Part shown: positions 38,578-48,694 of the stretch, one piece after another | How positions within the stretch are numbered: the stretch's first letter is position 1 | Layout: every line of letters begins with the position of its first letter | Origin: an uncultured Erysipelotrichaceae bacterium | GTDB taxonomy: Bacteria > Bacillota_I > Bacilli_A > Erysipelotrichales > Coprobacillaceae | Direction: 5' to 3' | NCBI GenBank assembly: GCA_958421935.1 | Contig: CATZMX010000001.1 | Location: 8,024 to 72,023, forward strand | DNA: 64,000 nt | Position numbers and translations under genes: made by a program | The notes under the pieces: generated by a model | Seen by the model: the letters and a program-made list of their open reading frames with translations, nothing else | Told to the model about the DNA's origin: nothing | Database searches by the model: none

Positions 38578-40758
38578 ATGGATTTAGTTATCGTCAATAA
38601 ACAAAAACACGTGCATTATATTTTACCAATCATTATATTTTTTAGTACCATTATTTTAAGTTACGCTAAAATACAAGAAACAGCCTTACCTTTTTTATTA
38701 CCTTTATTTATTGTATCGTTTTATAGTGGATATCTGTATCTTATATGCTTTTTAACAGCTATTATAGGAATATCGATTATTAATCAAGATACATTTACAA
38801 TCGTGGTCATCATTACTTTATTGCTGACCATTTATCTTCTTAACTTTACACATCTATTAAAAACAAAGTATATTTCTTTTATTATGACAGCAATTTTGAT
38901 TCCCTTTTTCTATGCGAATCATTATAACATCTTACAAACAACAGTTCTTGTCATGTTAACGCTGTTTAATTGTTATCTTGATCAAGAAATTATTCCTTTA
39001 ATTATTCATCAAAATAAAAATGTCTTAAATATAAAAAGATTACAAGCATTAATTGTTGTGGTGTGTACTTTGTTTATTAGTTTTATTCCTTTTAATACAA
39101 CATATACAATGATCTTTTTAAGATATTTCTTATTAATTTCTATTTATTATTTATCAATTGAAAAAGTCATGCCTATTATTTTATATCTTTCTATTCTTTT
39201 AATGCTTATAGCTCCTTCATTAAAAGATGATGTTTTATCCTTAATATTACCAATGAGTTTCTTTTTTATGATACAACCTAAAAACAAATATCTATTCATG
39301 TCTATTTTCTTATTATCACATATTACATTACCTTTTTTTATTAACTATAATTACTCCTATTATGCTTTTGTGATTCTTGTTCCAGTTTTTTTATTTATGA
39401 TTTCTCCACAATTTAAAAATAAAAAAATAAAGATCAATCCAGAATTTATAGAAATAAGTTATCAAGAACAACTTAAAAGTAAAGCCGATGCTTTTGCATC
39501 TTTATTTCATCAACTCACAGAAGTTTTTAAAGAAGAAAATCAAGAAACCCATTTATCTGAATATGTAGGATATGTTTATGAGGATGTGTGTCATCATTGT
39601 TCTTCTAAAAAATATTGTTTTTATGGTCAAGAAGGAATGAGTCGTTTAGGTAAGTTGATTTCTAAGGGAATTCAAAAAGATTTAGAGGTAGATGATTATC
39701 AATATATTTATCAACATTGTTTAAAGCCGGATGATTATTTAAAGAGTTTAAAGAATCATCAAAAAGGTTATTTTAAGATGTTAAAAGTTAATCATGCACA
39801 TGATCATTTAAAAAAAGATTTATTTCAAGAGTTTTCAATCATGGGGCATGTTTTTCAAAACTTTTCTAAAAAGATAGATGAACAAGATAATGAAAAGAAA
39901 ATCTTAGAACATTTAAAAGCGTATCATTTTGAAGTGTATTATTTAAAGAAAATAAAAAAAGATTATGAAAATTATATGTTAGAAATAGGAATAGAAGATA
40001 TAGATGAAAAAACTGTAACAGAAGAACTTATTCCTATTTTAGAAAATTATTTAAATGAATCATTAGATCTTGTCTCTATTAAAAAGCAACATCTTCAAAT
40101 AGGTTACACTTCAATTTTATTAAAACATGAACTTAAATATACATTACAACTTGCGAAAAAACAGTATGCTTTAGATCAACAATGTGGAGATAGTATTCTT
40201 ACTTTTGGTTTAGATGAACATCATTATGTGGCTTTATCTGATGGTATGGGACAAGGTTATATTGCTTATAAGGAAAGTAAGTTAACATTGGATGTTTTAA
40301 GTCAATTGCTTAAAAATGGCATTCAATTAAGAGATACATTGAATACTTTAAATACGTTATTAAAGATAAAGAATCAAGGAGATATGTATACGACATTAGA
40401 TTTATTTGATTTTAATTTAATGAATTCAAGATTAAAAGTAATTAAATATGGAGCTTATGAAAGTTATTTAATAAGAAATCATCAAATAGATGTTTTACAT
40501 TCACATTCTTTACCAGTAGGAATGGCTTCTACAATGAAGATGGTTTCTTATGATATGAAAATCAAAGAAAATGATATATTGATTCTTACAAGTGATGGAG
40601 TAGGAGAACATTTCTTTGATTTATTAAAAAAATATCAAGAAGAAATTGAAAAGATGTCAGTTTATGAAATTGTTTCCTTTCTTTTTCAAAAATCTTTTCA
40701 AAAGAAAGATCTAGATGATATGAGTATTATTGTTATTAAAGTGGTCAATAGAAATTAG
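38578..40758 (+). CDS. spoIIE: Stage II sporulation protein E-like membrane PP2C phosphatase
   Basis: About 10 N-terminal TM helices, a central domain, and a C-terminal PP2C/SpoIIE domain (LSDGMGQGY...TLDLFDFNL...LTSDGVGE). Position immediately upstream of tilS-hpt-ftsH is as in Bacillus and Clostridium. Confidence 0.7.
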   Translation: MDLVIVNKQKHVHYILPIIIFFSTIILSYAKIQETALPFLLPLFIVSFYSGYLYLICFLTAIIGISIINQDTFTIVVIITLLLTIYLLNFTHLLKTKYISFIMTAILIPFFYANHYNILQTTVLVMLTLFNCYLDQEIIPLIIHQNKNVLNIKRLQALIVVVCTLFISFIPFNTTYTMIFLRYFLLISIYYLSIEKVMPIILYLSILLMLIAPSLKDDVLSLILPMSFFFMIQPKNKYLFMSIFLLSHITLPFFINYNYSYYAFVILVPVFLFMISPQFKNKKIKINPEFIEISYQEQLKSKADAFASLFHQLTEVFKEENQETHLSEYVGYVYEDVCHHCSSKKYCFYGQEGMSRLGKLISKGIQKDLEVDDYQYIYQHCLKPDDYLKSLKNHQKGYFKMLKVNHAHDHLKKDLFQEFSIMGHVFQNFSKKIDEQDNEKKILEHLKAYHFEVYYLKKIKKDYENYMLEIGIEDIDEKTVTEELIPILENYLNESLDLVSIKKQHLQIGYTSILLKHELKYTLQLAKKQYALDQQCGDSILTFGLDEHHYVALSDGMGQGYIAYKESKLTLDVLSQLLKNGIQLRDTLNTLNTLLKIKNQGDMYTTLDLFDFNLMNSRLKVIKYGAYESYLIRNHQIDVLHSHSLPVGMASTMKMVSYDMKIKENDILILTSDGVGEHFFDLLKKYQEEIEKMSVYEIVSFLFQKSFQKKDLDDMSIIVIKVVNRN

Positions 40759-40787
40759 AGATATGCTATAATACAAGCGGTGAGATT

Positions 40788-42032
40788 ATGTTAGATGAAA
40801 GTTTATTAGATAAAAATAGAAAATATCTTGTAGGAGTATCAGGTGGCGTCGATTCGATGGCTTTATTAGATATGTTAGTTAAAAAAGCATACAATGTCAT
40901 TGTTGTACATTATAATTATCATTTTAGAGAAGATAGTGATCTTGATGAAAATCTCGTACGTAGTTATTGTCAAAATCATCATCTTCCTTTTTATGTAAGA
41001 CAAGGAGATAAAAAAGAATATCAAAAAGGTAATTTTGAAATGTTAGCAAGAGAAAAAAGATATGCTTTTTATAAAGAAATAGGTGATTTAAATGGGATTG
41101 ATACGATTATTTTAGGGCATCATTTAAATGATCATTTAGAAACGATCGTGATGCAATTACAAAGACATAACACAAAGGGATATTTGGGTATAAAAGAACA
41201 ATCTTATGTTAAAAATATGCATATTGTAAGACCCTTATTAAAGTTAAAAAAACAACAACTTATAGATTATTGTACTAAAAATCATCTTGAATATCATGAA
41301 GACTATACAAACTATGATACACGTTATACACGTAATCATGTAAGACATATTGATCTTAAAAAATATAATGAACAAGAATTAATAGAAAAGTCAAAAAAAC
41401 ATAATCAACAATATAAAATCCAACAAGCAAAACTCCAACAAATTTATCAAGAATATGATCAAAATCATTTCTTGTATTTATATAAGTTACCAACAGAATC
41501 ATTAGATCAAATCATTTATTATATGTTAAAAAAAGAAATCTATCCACCACTAATAACAGAAAACTTAGTACAAGAAATTATTAAACAAATCCATTCAAAA
41601 AAACCAAATATTGAAATATCATTACCTGTTAATTTTGTGTTCATAAAAAAGTATAATAATGTAGCCGTTAGAAAAAAAGAAATTGACGATACTTATTATG
41701 TAAAGTATGAATCTTTTTATAAAGATCAACAATTACATTATTTTTTAACAGATCAAGGACATCTTCACGATGGTGTTTTTCTTTCAAAAGAAGACTTTCC
41801 AATAGTTATCAGATGTTTTAAAAATGGTGATACAATCAAAACATCTGGAGGAACAAAAAAGGTCTCTAGGCTATTTATAGATCGTAAAATTCCTAGAGAT
41901 GAGCGTAAAATATGGCCAATTGTTGAAAATTGCCATGGTGAGATCATTTTGATCCCACATATCGCCAAAAATATCAAGTATTTATATACAAAACCAAATG
42001 TTTTTGTGATAAAATATGACACATGTAAGTGA
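40788..42032 (+). CDS. tilS: tRNA(Ile)-lysidine synthetase
   Basis: PP-loop VGVSGGVDSMALL. Conserved context tilS-hpt-ftsH. Confidence 0.85.
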   Translation: MLDESLLDKNRKYLVGVSGGVDSMALLDMLVKKAYNVIVVHYNYHFREDSDLDENLVRSYCQNHHLPFYVRQGDKKEYQKGNFEMLAREKRYAFYKEIGDLNGIDTIILGHHLNDHLETIVMQLQRHNTKGYLGIKEQSYVKNMHIVRPLLKLKKQQLIDYCTKNHLEYHEDYTNYDTRYTRNHVRHIDLKKYNEQELIEKSKKHNQQYKIQQAKLQQIYQEYDQNHFLYLYKLPTESLDQIIYYMLKKEIYPPLITENLVQEIIKQIHSKKPNIEISLPVNFVFIKKYNNVAVRKKEIDDTYYVKYESFYKDQQLHYFLTDQGHLHDGVFLSKEDFPIVIRCFKNGDTIKTSGGTKKVSRLFIDRKIPRDERKIWPIVENCHGEIILIPHIAKNIKYLYTKPNVFVIKYDTCK

Positions 42033-42042
42033 GGTGTAAGGT

Positions 42043-42576
42043 ATGCACAAGGATATAAAAGAAATATTATATACAGAAGAAGAAATTAAGGCTAAATGTG
42101 ATGAATTAGCAAAACAAATTGATCAAGATTATGCTGGTCAAGAAATTTTATTAGTTGGTTTATTAAAAGGTTCAGTTCCATTTATGGCAGAACTTGCTAA
42201 ACATTTAAAAAGTGATGTTAAATTCGACTTTATGTCAGTAAGTAGTTATAGTGGTGTTGAATCTAAAACATTAGTTGTTAGACAAGATATTAAAGAAGAT
42301 ATTCGTGGTAAGAATGTTTTAATCGTAGAAGATATTTTAGATACTGGAAAGACTTTATATAACGTTAAAGAAATGTTAGAAAAAAGACATGCTAAGAGTG
42401 TTAAAATCGTGACTTTATTAGATAAAGAAGAAGGTCGTGTTTTTGATATGAAAGCTGATTATTCAGGATTTAAAATTCCTAATGCCTTTGTTGTAGGATA
42501 TGGTCTTGATTTTAATGAACGTTATCGTCAATTACCTTATATAGGTATATTAAAAGAAGATTGTTATAAAAAATAG
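42043..42576 (+). CDS. hpt: Hypoxanthine phosphoribosyltransferase
   Basis: PRPP-binding motif VLIVEDILDTGKTL. Confidence 0.9.
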   Translation: MHKDIKEILYTEEEIKAKCDELAKQIDQDYAGQEILLVGLLKGSVPFMAELAKHLKSDVKFDFMSVSSYSGVESKTLVVRQDIKEDIRGKNVLIVEDILDTGKTLYNVKEMLEKRHAKSVKIVTLLDKEEGRVFDMKADYSGFKIPNAFVVGYGLDFNERYRQLPYIGILKEDCYKK

Positions 42577-42588
42577 TTAGGAGATTTT

Positions 42589-44538
42589 ATGGGAAATAAA
42601 AAAGGATTGTTGAAGTCTATCCTACCATGGCTTATTGTATTGATGGTTATTTCTGTGGCAATTCCTTTCTTTAATCAAAGTGAATCGTCAGAAATTAGAT
42701 ATGATAAGTTTATAGAGATAGTTCAAAAAGAAAAAGTAAAAGATGTAGAAATCGTTCCTAAATCATTAGTCATTGATGTAAGTGGAACATATTCTAAAAA
42801 AGCAAGCAATGGTAAAAAAGAAGATACTAAATTTTCTGTTGTTATTCCAAGAACAGAAACTGAATTAGATTCTTTAATTAGCTTGTTAGATGAAAATGGT
42901 ACAAAAATCAATGTTGTCAATGATGCTGAAAGAAATCAATTCTTGAACTTCATTATAAGTTTATTACCATACTTGATTTTATTTGGTGGAATGTTCTTCT
43001 TCTTGAAGATGATGTCAAATACTGCTGGTGGTAATAACAAAGCATTTGAATTTGGTAATTCAAGAGCTAAACTAGAAAAAAATTCTAAAACACATTTTAG
43101 TGATGTTGCTGGAATGGATGAAGAAAAAGAAGAAGTTAAAGAATTAGTTGACTTCTTAAAAACACCAAAGAAATTTGCTGATATGGGTGCTAAGATCCCA
43201 CGTGGTGTTTTACTTGTAGGTCCACCAGGGACAGGGAAAACATTACTTGCTAGAGCGGTAGCAGGTGAAGCAAACGTTCCATTCTACTCAATTTCAGGTT
43301 CTGAATTCGTAGAAATGTTCGTTGGTGTTGGTGCTGGACGTGTAAGAGACATGTTCAAAAAAGCAAAACAAACAGCACCATGTATTATCTTCATTGACGA
43401 AATTGATGCAGTTGGTCGTCAAAGAGGTACTGGTATGGGTGGAGGACACGATGAACGTGAACAAACACTTAACCAATTATTAGTTGAAATGGATGGTTTC
43501 TCTGGAAATGAAGGAATTATCGTTTTAGCAGCTACAAACCGTGCAGATGTCTTAGATCCAGCTTTACTTAGACCAGGTCGTTTCGATAGACAAATCCAAG
43601 TAGCTAATCCAGATAAACGTGCACGTAGTCAAATCTTAAAAGTTCATGCAAGAAATAAACGTTTTACACCAGATGTTAACTTTGATAACATTGCTCAACG
43701 TACACCAGGATTCTCTGGGGCAGAACTTTCAAATGTTTTAAATGAAGCTGCTTTACTTGCTGTAAGACAAAATCATGATTTAATTACAATGGCTGATATT
43801 GATGAAGCAGTAGACCGTGTTATGGGTGGACCTGCTAAGAAATCACGTAAATATACTGAAAGAGAAAGACGCTTAGTGGCTTACCATGAAGCAGGACATG
43901 CTTTAATTGGTTTAACTTTAGAAGATGCCAATAAAGTACAAAAAGTTACAATTGTTCCTCGTGGACAAGCAGGTGGTTATAACTTAATGACACCTAAAGA
44001 AGAAACATATTTCCAAACTAAGAGTCAATTAAAAGCAACTATTTCAGGATATATGGGTGGACGTGTGGCTGAAGAAGTCTTCTTTGGAGATGTAAGTTCA
44101 GGAGCACATAATGATATTGAACAAGCAACTAGAATTGCGAGAATGATGGTTACTGAATTAGGTATGTCAGAGCTTGGACCTATTCAATATGATTCTGAAA
44201 ATGGACAAGTTTTCTTAGGTAGAGATTATACTCAAAGAAGTAATACACATTCAGGACAAATTGCTTATGAAATTGATGTTCAAGTACGTAAAATTATTGA
44301 TGCTTGTTATCAAGAAGCAACAAATATTATTGAACAAAATAAAGAAAAACTTATTTGTATTGCAGAAGCATTACTTGAACATGAAACATTATCTGGTGAA
44401 GATATTGAATCTTTATATAATACAGGTAAAATGTTAGAACATCATGATGGAACTTTAACTGAAGAACCTGTTCAAGAAGTTAAAGAAGAAAAACCATCAA
44501 TTGATGATCAAGATGATTTATTAGATGAAATGAAATAA
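42589..44538 (+). CDS. ftsH: ATP-dependent zinc metalloprotease FtsH
   Basis: N-terminal TM helices. AAA Walker A GPPGTGKT, second region of homology, and the Zn motif HEAGHA. Confidence 0.95.
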   Translation: MGNKKGLLKSILPWLIVLMVISVAIPFFNQSESSEIRYDKFIEIVQKEKVKDVEIVPKSLVIDVSGTYSKKASNGKKEDTKFSVVIPRTETELDSLISLLDENGTKINVVNDAERNQFLNFIISLLPYLILFGGMFFFLKMMSNTAGGNNKAFEFGNSRAKLEKNSKTHFSDVAGMDEEKEEVKELVDFLKTPKKFADMGAKIPRGVLLVGPPGTGKTLLARAVAGEANVPFYSISGSEFVEMFVGVGAGRVRDMFKKAKQTAPCIIFIDEIDAVGRQRGTGMGGGHDEREQTLNQLLVEMDGFSGNEGIIVLAATNRADVLDPALLRPGRFDRQIQVANPDKRARSQILKVHARNKRFTPDVNFDNIAQRTPGFSGAELSNVLNEAALLAVRQNHDLITMADIDEAVDRVMGGPAKKSRKYTERERRLVAYHEAGHALIGLTLEDANKVQKVTIVPRGQAGGYNLMTPKEETYFQTKSQLKATISGYMGGRVAEEVFFGDVSSGAHNDIEQATRIARMMVTELGMSELGPIQYDSENGQVFLGRDYTQRSNTHSGQIAYEIDVQVRKIIDACYQEATNIIEQNKEKLICIAEALLEHETLSGEDIESLYNTGKMLEHHDGTLTEEPVQEVKEEKPSIDDQDDLLDEMK

Positions 44539-44558
44539 AGCGAAATTCGCTTTTTTTC
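44538..44558 (+). terminator. Rho-independent terminator after ftsH
   Basis: aagcg-aaatt-cgctt hairpin followed by T7. Confidence 0.65.
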
Positions 44559-44577
44559 ATTTAGAAAGGGGATAAAT

Positions 44578-44664
44578 ATGAGTACACGAACAAAGAGAAT
44601 TGTAATCATCTTAATATCACTAAGTATGATTATTCCGATATTTTCTTCCGTGTTCTTTTTATAG
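44578..44664 (+). CDS. Putative 28-aa hydrophobic micropeptide (MSTRTKRIVIILISLSMIIPIFSSVFFL)
   Basis: Below the track's size cut-off and found by eye. GAAAGGGGA RBS 6 nt upstream of the ATG. A single predicted TM segment with a basic N-terminus. Confidence 0.3.
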   Translation: MSTRTKRIVIILISLSMIIPIFSSVFFL

Positions 44665-44673
44665 AAAAGAAAA

Positions 44674-45543
44674 ATGAAAGATTATTTAGTTAGAGGTTTA
44701 GTCAATAGTAAAAATTGTCGTGTTTTTGCATGTCAAACAACTGAGTTATTAGAAAAAGCAAGACAAGAACATGATTTGTGGCCTACAGCATCTGCTGCTC
44801 TTGGAAGAATGATGTCAGCAACTCTTATGATGGCTGCAATGAATAAAAATAATGAAAAAATGACTGTCACAATTAATGGTGGTGGACCTATTGGAACAAT
44901 GATGGCTGTTACATGTGGTGATGGACATATTAAAGGTTTTGTAGGTGATCCACATGTTCATTATACTTATAATGATACTGGACATTTAGCAGTAGGTGTG
45001 GCTGTTGGAACACAAGGAACGTTACAAGTTATTAGAGATATGGGGTTAAAAGAACCATTCTGTGGAACAGTTCCTCTTCAAACTGGAGAAATCGGTGATG
45101 ATTTTTCTTATTATTTCATGGCAAGTGAACAAACACCATCTGTTGTTTCTGTAGGTGTTTTAGTTGATGAAACAAATGAAATCTTATCTTCAGGTGGTTT
45201 TATTATTCAATTATTACCAGATGCTACTGAAGAAGATATTTCTTATATTGAAGAAAAAATAAAAGATTTCCCTGCTGTTTCTTCATTAATTCATGAAGGA
45301 AAAACACCAGAAGAAATCTTAAAAATGATTTTTGATGATGTTGAAATCACAGATCAACAAGATTTATTCTTTACTTGTGATTGTTCAAGAGAAAAAATGA
45401 TCAATGCTTTATCAACAATTGGAAAACAAGAACTTCAAAGTATGATTGATGAAGATCATGGTTGTGAAATCACATGTCAATTTTGTAATACAAAATATCA
45501 ATTTAGTGAGGAAGAATTGCAAAATTTAATAAATCGTTTATAA
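44674..45543 (+). CDS. hslO: Redox-regulated chaperone Hsp33
   Basis: Hsp33 N-domain (LWPTASAALGRMMSATLMMAAM) and the C-terminal Zn centre (CDCSREKM...CEITCQFCNTKY). Confidence 0.85.
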   Translation: MKDYLVRGLVNSKNCRVFACQTTELLEKARQEHDLWPTASAALGRMMSATLMMAAMNKNNEKMTVTINGGGPIGTMMAVTCGDGHIKGFVGDPHVHYTYNDTGHLAVGVAVGTQGTLQVIRDMGLKEPFCGTVPLQTGEIGDDFSYYFMASEQTPSVVSVGVLVDETNEILSSGGFIIQLLPDATEEDISYIEEKIKDFPAVSSLIHEGKTPEEILKMIFDDVEITDQQDLFFTCDCSREKMINALSTIGKQELQSMIDEDHGCEITCQFCNTKYQFSEEELQNLINRL

Positions 45544-45581
45544 TCACATTGAAAAATGTGATTTTTTTAAAGGAGAAAAAA

Positions 45582-46076
45582 ATGGAAAACAAGAAAAAGA
45601 AAATAAAAGTATTAATAATAGGAATTATCTTTATTGTATTGATAGGTGGAATTGTTTTCTATTTAACAAGTCATTTAACAAAAACAACAATATGTAAAGG
45701 AAACCTAGATATGATTACAACGGAGAAAGTAGAAGTCATTTCTAGTGATGAAAAAGTTAAAGAAACAAAAACACAAGTCACATATGATTATAGTGATTAT
45801 ATTTCAGATACATATCCAATTTCTTATTATAAGGATTATATAAAAAATAGTAATAATTTTTATAAAGGTGTAAATGGTGTTAAAGCTTCATTAAAGGTTA
45901 AAGGAAATAAAGTGATTTATACAGTTGATATTCAATATGATAATGAATATATGAAAGATCTTGTAGATGCAGGACTTGTTAGAACTAATGGAAGTTATAA
46001 AGATATAGAATATATCTCTTTAAAAGATACTTTAAAAAATCAAAAGAATGCAGGATTGACTTGTAAAGAAAAATAA
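45582..46076 (+). CDS. Hypothetical membrane-anchored protein
   Basis: N-terminal TM anchor followed by a soluble domain. Start at MENKKKK after an AAAGGAG RBS; the earlier ATG at 45549 lies inside the hslO terminator hairpin. Confidence 0.45.
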   Translation: MENKKKKIKVLIIGIIFIVLIGGIVFYLTSHLTKTTICKGNLDMITTEKVEVISSDEKVKETKTQVTYDYSDYISDTYPISYYKDYIKNSNNFYKGVNGVKASLKVKGNKVIYTVDIQYDNEYMKDLVDAGLVRTNGSYKDIEYISLKDTLKNQKNAGLTCKEK

Positions 46077-46221
46077 AGGCATAAGCCTTTATTTTTCTAG
46101 GAAATCAACTCTTTATTAAGATAACTTATATCTATTTGGGGGAGGAAAATAGAGGGAATATATAAGTTATCTGTTTATATTATGTACAATTGTTTAAATT
46201 ATATACAGGAGGAATTAAATT

Positions 46222-47196
46222 TTGAAAATTAGAGAAATAGAAATCAAAAATCCCGTAATTATGGCACCAATGGCTGGTATTACAAATATGGCTTTTCGTA
46301 AAATTGTGAAAGAATTTGGCGCAGGTCTTGTTTATTCTGAAATGGTAAGTGATAAAGCAATTTGTTATGGAAACCAAAAAACAATTGAAATGTTACAAGT
46401 AGATGAAGGAGAACATCCTGTGAGTATTCAATTATTTGGTGGAGAAGTAGAAAGTATGGTACAGGCTGCGAAGTTTATTGATCAACATTCTAATTGTGAC
46501 ATTATTGATATTAACTGTGGTTGTCCTGTAAATAAAGTTTTAAAGGCAAATGCGGGAAGTAAACTTCTTCAAAATCCTCAATTGATTTATGATATTGTAA
46601 GTAATATTGTAAAAAATGTAAGTAAACCAGTAACTGTTAAAATTAGAAGTGGTTTTGATAAAGAACATATCAATGCTGTAGAAGTAGCTAAATTAATTGA
46701 AAAAGCTGGTGCAAGCGCAATTGCTGTTCATGGAAGAACACGTTCACAAATGTATGAAGGACATGCCGATTGGTCAATTATCAAAGCTGTTAAAGAAGCT
46801 GTTAATATCCCAGTTATTGGAAATGGTGATATTAGAAGTGTAGAAGATGCCAGAAGAATGTTGAAAGAAACAGGTTGTGATGCGATTATGATTGGTCGTG
46901 CAGCACTTGGAAATCCATGGCTTATTAAACAAGTTGTAGAAAGTTTAGAACATGAAACAGATATTCCTGAACCAACTTATAAAGAAAAAATAGCATGGTG
47001 CTTAACACATGCTCAAAGATTAATGACGATTGAACCTGAAAGAATTGCTATGTCACAAATGAGAGGACATGCTCCTTGGTATATCAAAGGTTTAAAAAAT
47101 TCGTCTGCTGTTAAAAATGAACTTTCAAAAGTAAATACGTATGAAGAATTAGAAAAAATTCTTAAAGATTATGAACAATTTTTAGATACATTATAA
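46222..47196 (+). CDS. dusB: tRNA-dihydrouridine synthase
   Basis: FMN/TIM-barrel Dus motifs ([23 protein letters not shown]). TTG start 9 nt after an AGGAGG RBS. Confidence 0.85.
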   Translation: MKIREIEIKNPVIMAPMAGITNMAFRKIVKEFGAGLVYSEMVSDKAICYGNQKTIEMLQVDEGEHPVSIQLFGGEVESMVQAAKFIDQHSNCDIIDINCGCPVNKVLKANAGSKLLQNPQLIYDIVSNIVKNVSKPVTVKIRSGFDKEHINAVEVAKLIEKAGASAIAVHGRTRSQMYEGHADWSIIKAVKEAVNIPVIGNGDIRSVEDARRMLKETGCDAIMIGRAALGNPWLIKQVVESLEHETDIPEPTYKEKIAWCLTHAQRLMTIEPERIAMSQMRGHAPWYIKGLKNSSAVKNELSKVNTYEELEKILKDYEQFLDTL

Positions 47197-47222
47197 AAAG
47201 CAACTTAACCGTTGCTTTTTTC
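47196..47222. terminator. Bidirectional terminator between dusB and the convergent HAD gene
   Basis: aaagcaac-ttaacc-gttgcttt hairpin with T-runs on both strands. Confidence 0.7.
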
Positions 47223-47874
47223 AATATATTCAATAACTTGATCCAATGAAGATAATAAACAAGCTGTTCTTTCTTTATGTACTTCATCAGGTTCCTTTAA
47301 ATCAGGAATACAAATAACCGGAATATGTGCTTGATAAGCACTATCAATTCCTGCTTCACTATCTTCTAAAACAAGTGCTTCATTTGGTAAAACATCAAGT
47401 TTTTCACAAGCTTTTAAAAAGATATCAGGAGCTGGTTTACCATGTTCAACTTCGAAACCATAAACAATATTATCCATATATTGCATTACTTGATGTTTTT
47501 CTAATAAACTTTGTGCACGTTTTTCTCTACTTGATGTTGCAATAATTGTTTTATAATGATGTTCTTTCAAGTATTTAAGAAGTTCTTTAGCACCAGATTT
47601 TAAATCAACACCATCTTCTTCAATATATTTTGCTTCATATTCATGGAAAACATCAATTGTTTTTTCTATATCATAATTAAGTTGATAGTGATCTTTAATG
47701 TAGTTTAATGATGTAATCAGTTGTTTACCAGGATAATCTTTTATATATTCTTTTAAAGTAAACTCAAAACCATAACTCTTTAATAAATCTCGATAACATT
47801 TATAAGAAATCATTTCACTATCAATTAATAAACCATCCATATCAAAAATAACCGCTTTTATCATAATAAATCCT
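47205..47874 (-). CDS. HAD-superfamily hydrolase (beta-phosphoglucomutase-like subfamily IA)
   Basis: Motif I VIFDMDGLLIDSE. Start moved to MIKAVIF (ATG complement at 47874) after a GGAGGA RBS. Confidence 0.75.
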
Positions 47875-48065
47875 CCATACATTATCATTCTAACAAAATC
47901 ATATATCATATTCTTTCTTTAACAGTTAAAAATAATAAATTATCAAAAAAGTCGCAATAAATCGAAAGCGCTTTGATATTTTTTTTCTAAATGAGAATAA
48001 TGAATACATTGCAAAAAAATGTGAGTTATAGTAAAGGTGTAAAAAAGAAAGAGAGGAATATAGTT

Positions 48066-48371
48066 ATGAAAATTTTATTAGTATGTTGTGCTGGAATGTC
48101 AACAAGTATGCTTGTTCAAAGAATGGATAAAGCAGCAAAGGCAAAAGGTGTTCAAGCAACAATTGATGCTGTGCCAGCAACTCAAGTTCAAAAAGTGATC
48201 AATGATTTTGATATTGTTATGCTTGGCCCTCAAGTAAGAACACAAAAGAAAAATATTGAAGCATTAGCTAATGGTAAACCTGTCGTTCTTATTGATATGA
48301 GAGATTATGGAATGATGAATGGTGAAAAAGTATTAGATTTTGCGATTAAAACTATTGAAGAAGCTAAATAG
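48066..48371 (+). CDS. PTS EIIB component, lactose/cellobiose (type 3) family, stand-alone
   Basis: MKILLVCCAGMSTSMLVQRM with the catalytic Cys. 101 aa. Start at the ATG at 48066 after a GAGAGGAA RBS. Confidence 0.8.
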   Translation: MKILLVCCAGMSTSMLVQRMDKAAKAKGVQATIDAVPATQVQKVINDFDIVMLGPQVRTQKKNIEALANGKPVVLIDMRDYGMMNGEKVLDFAIKTIEEAK

Positions 48372-48388
48372 TAAAAGGAGAGAGAAGT

Positions 48389-48694
48389 ATGAATATTTTA
48401 TTAGTATGTGCAGCAGGAATGTCAACAAGTTTACTTGTGAACAAAATGAATGAAGCAGCAAAAGCAAAAGGATTGTCATTAGAAATCAATGCTTATCCAA
48501 TTGGAAGTATTGATAAACATGCAAGTAATGCAGATGTTATTTTACTTGGTCCTCAAGTAAGATATGAATTAAATAATGTTAAGGGTAAATATCCAGATAA
48601 ACCTGTAGCAGTCATTGATATGCGTGACTATGGAATGATGAATGGTGGAAAAGTATTAGATTTTGCAATCAAATTAGTTGAAGAATCTAAATAA
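48389..48694 (+). CDS. PTS EIIB component, lactose/cellobiose family, second tandem copy
   Basis: MNILLVCAAGMSTSLLVNKM. 101 aa. Confidence 0.8.
   Translation: MNILLVCAAGMSTSLLVNKMNEAAKAKGLSLEINAYPIGSIDKHASNADVILLGPQVRYELNNVKGKYPDKPVAVIDMRDYGMMNGGKVLDFAIKLVEESK

Noticed and set aside
47991-48065. Longer 126-aa version of the first EIIB ORF (track start 47991)
   Set aside because: The extension (MRIMNTLQKNVSYSKGVKKKERNIV) has no RBS. A good RBS precedes the ATG at 48066, which gives a canonical 101-aa EIIB.
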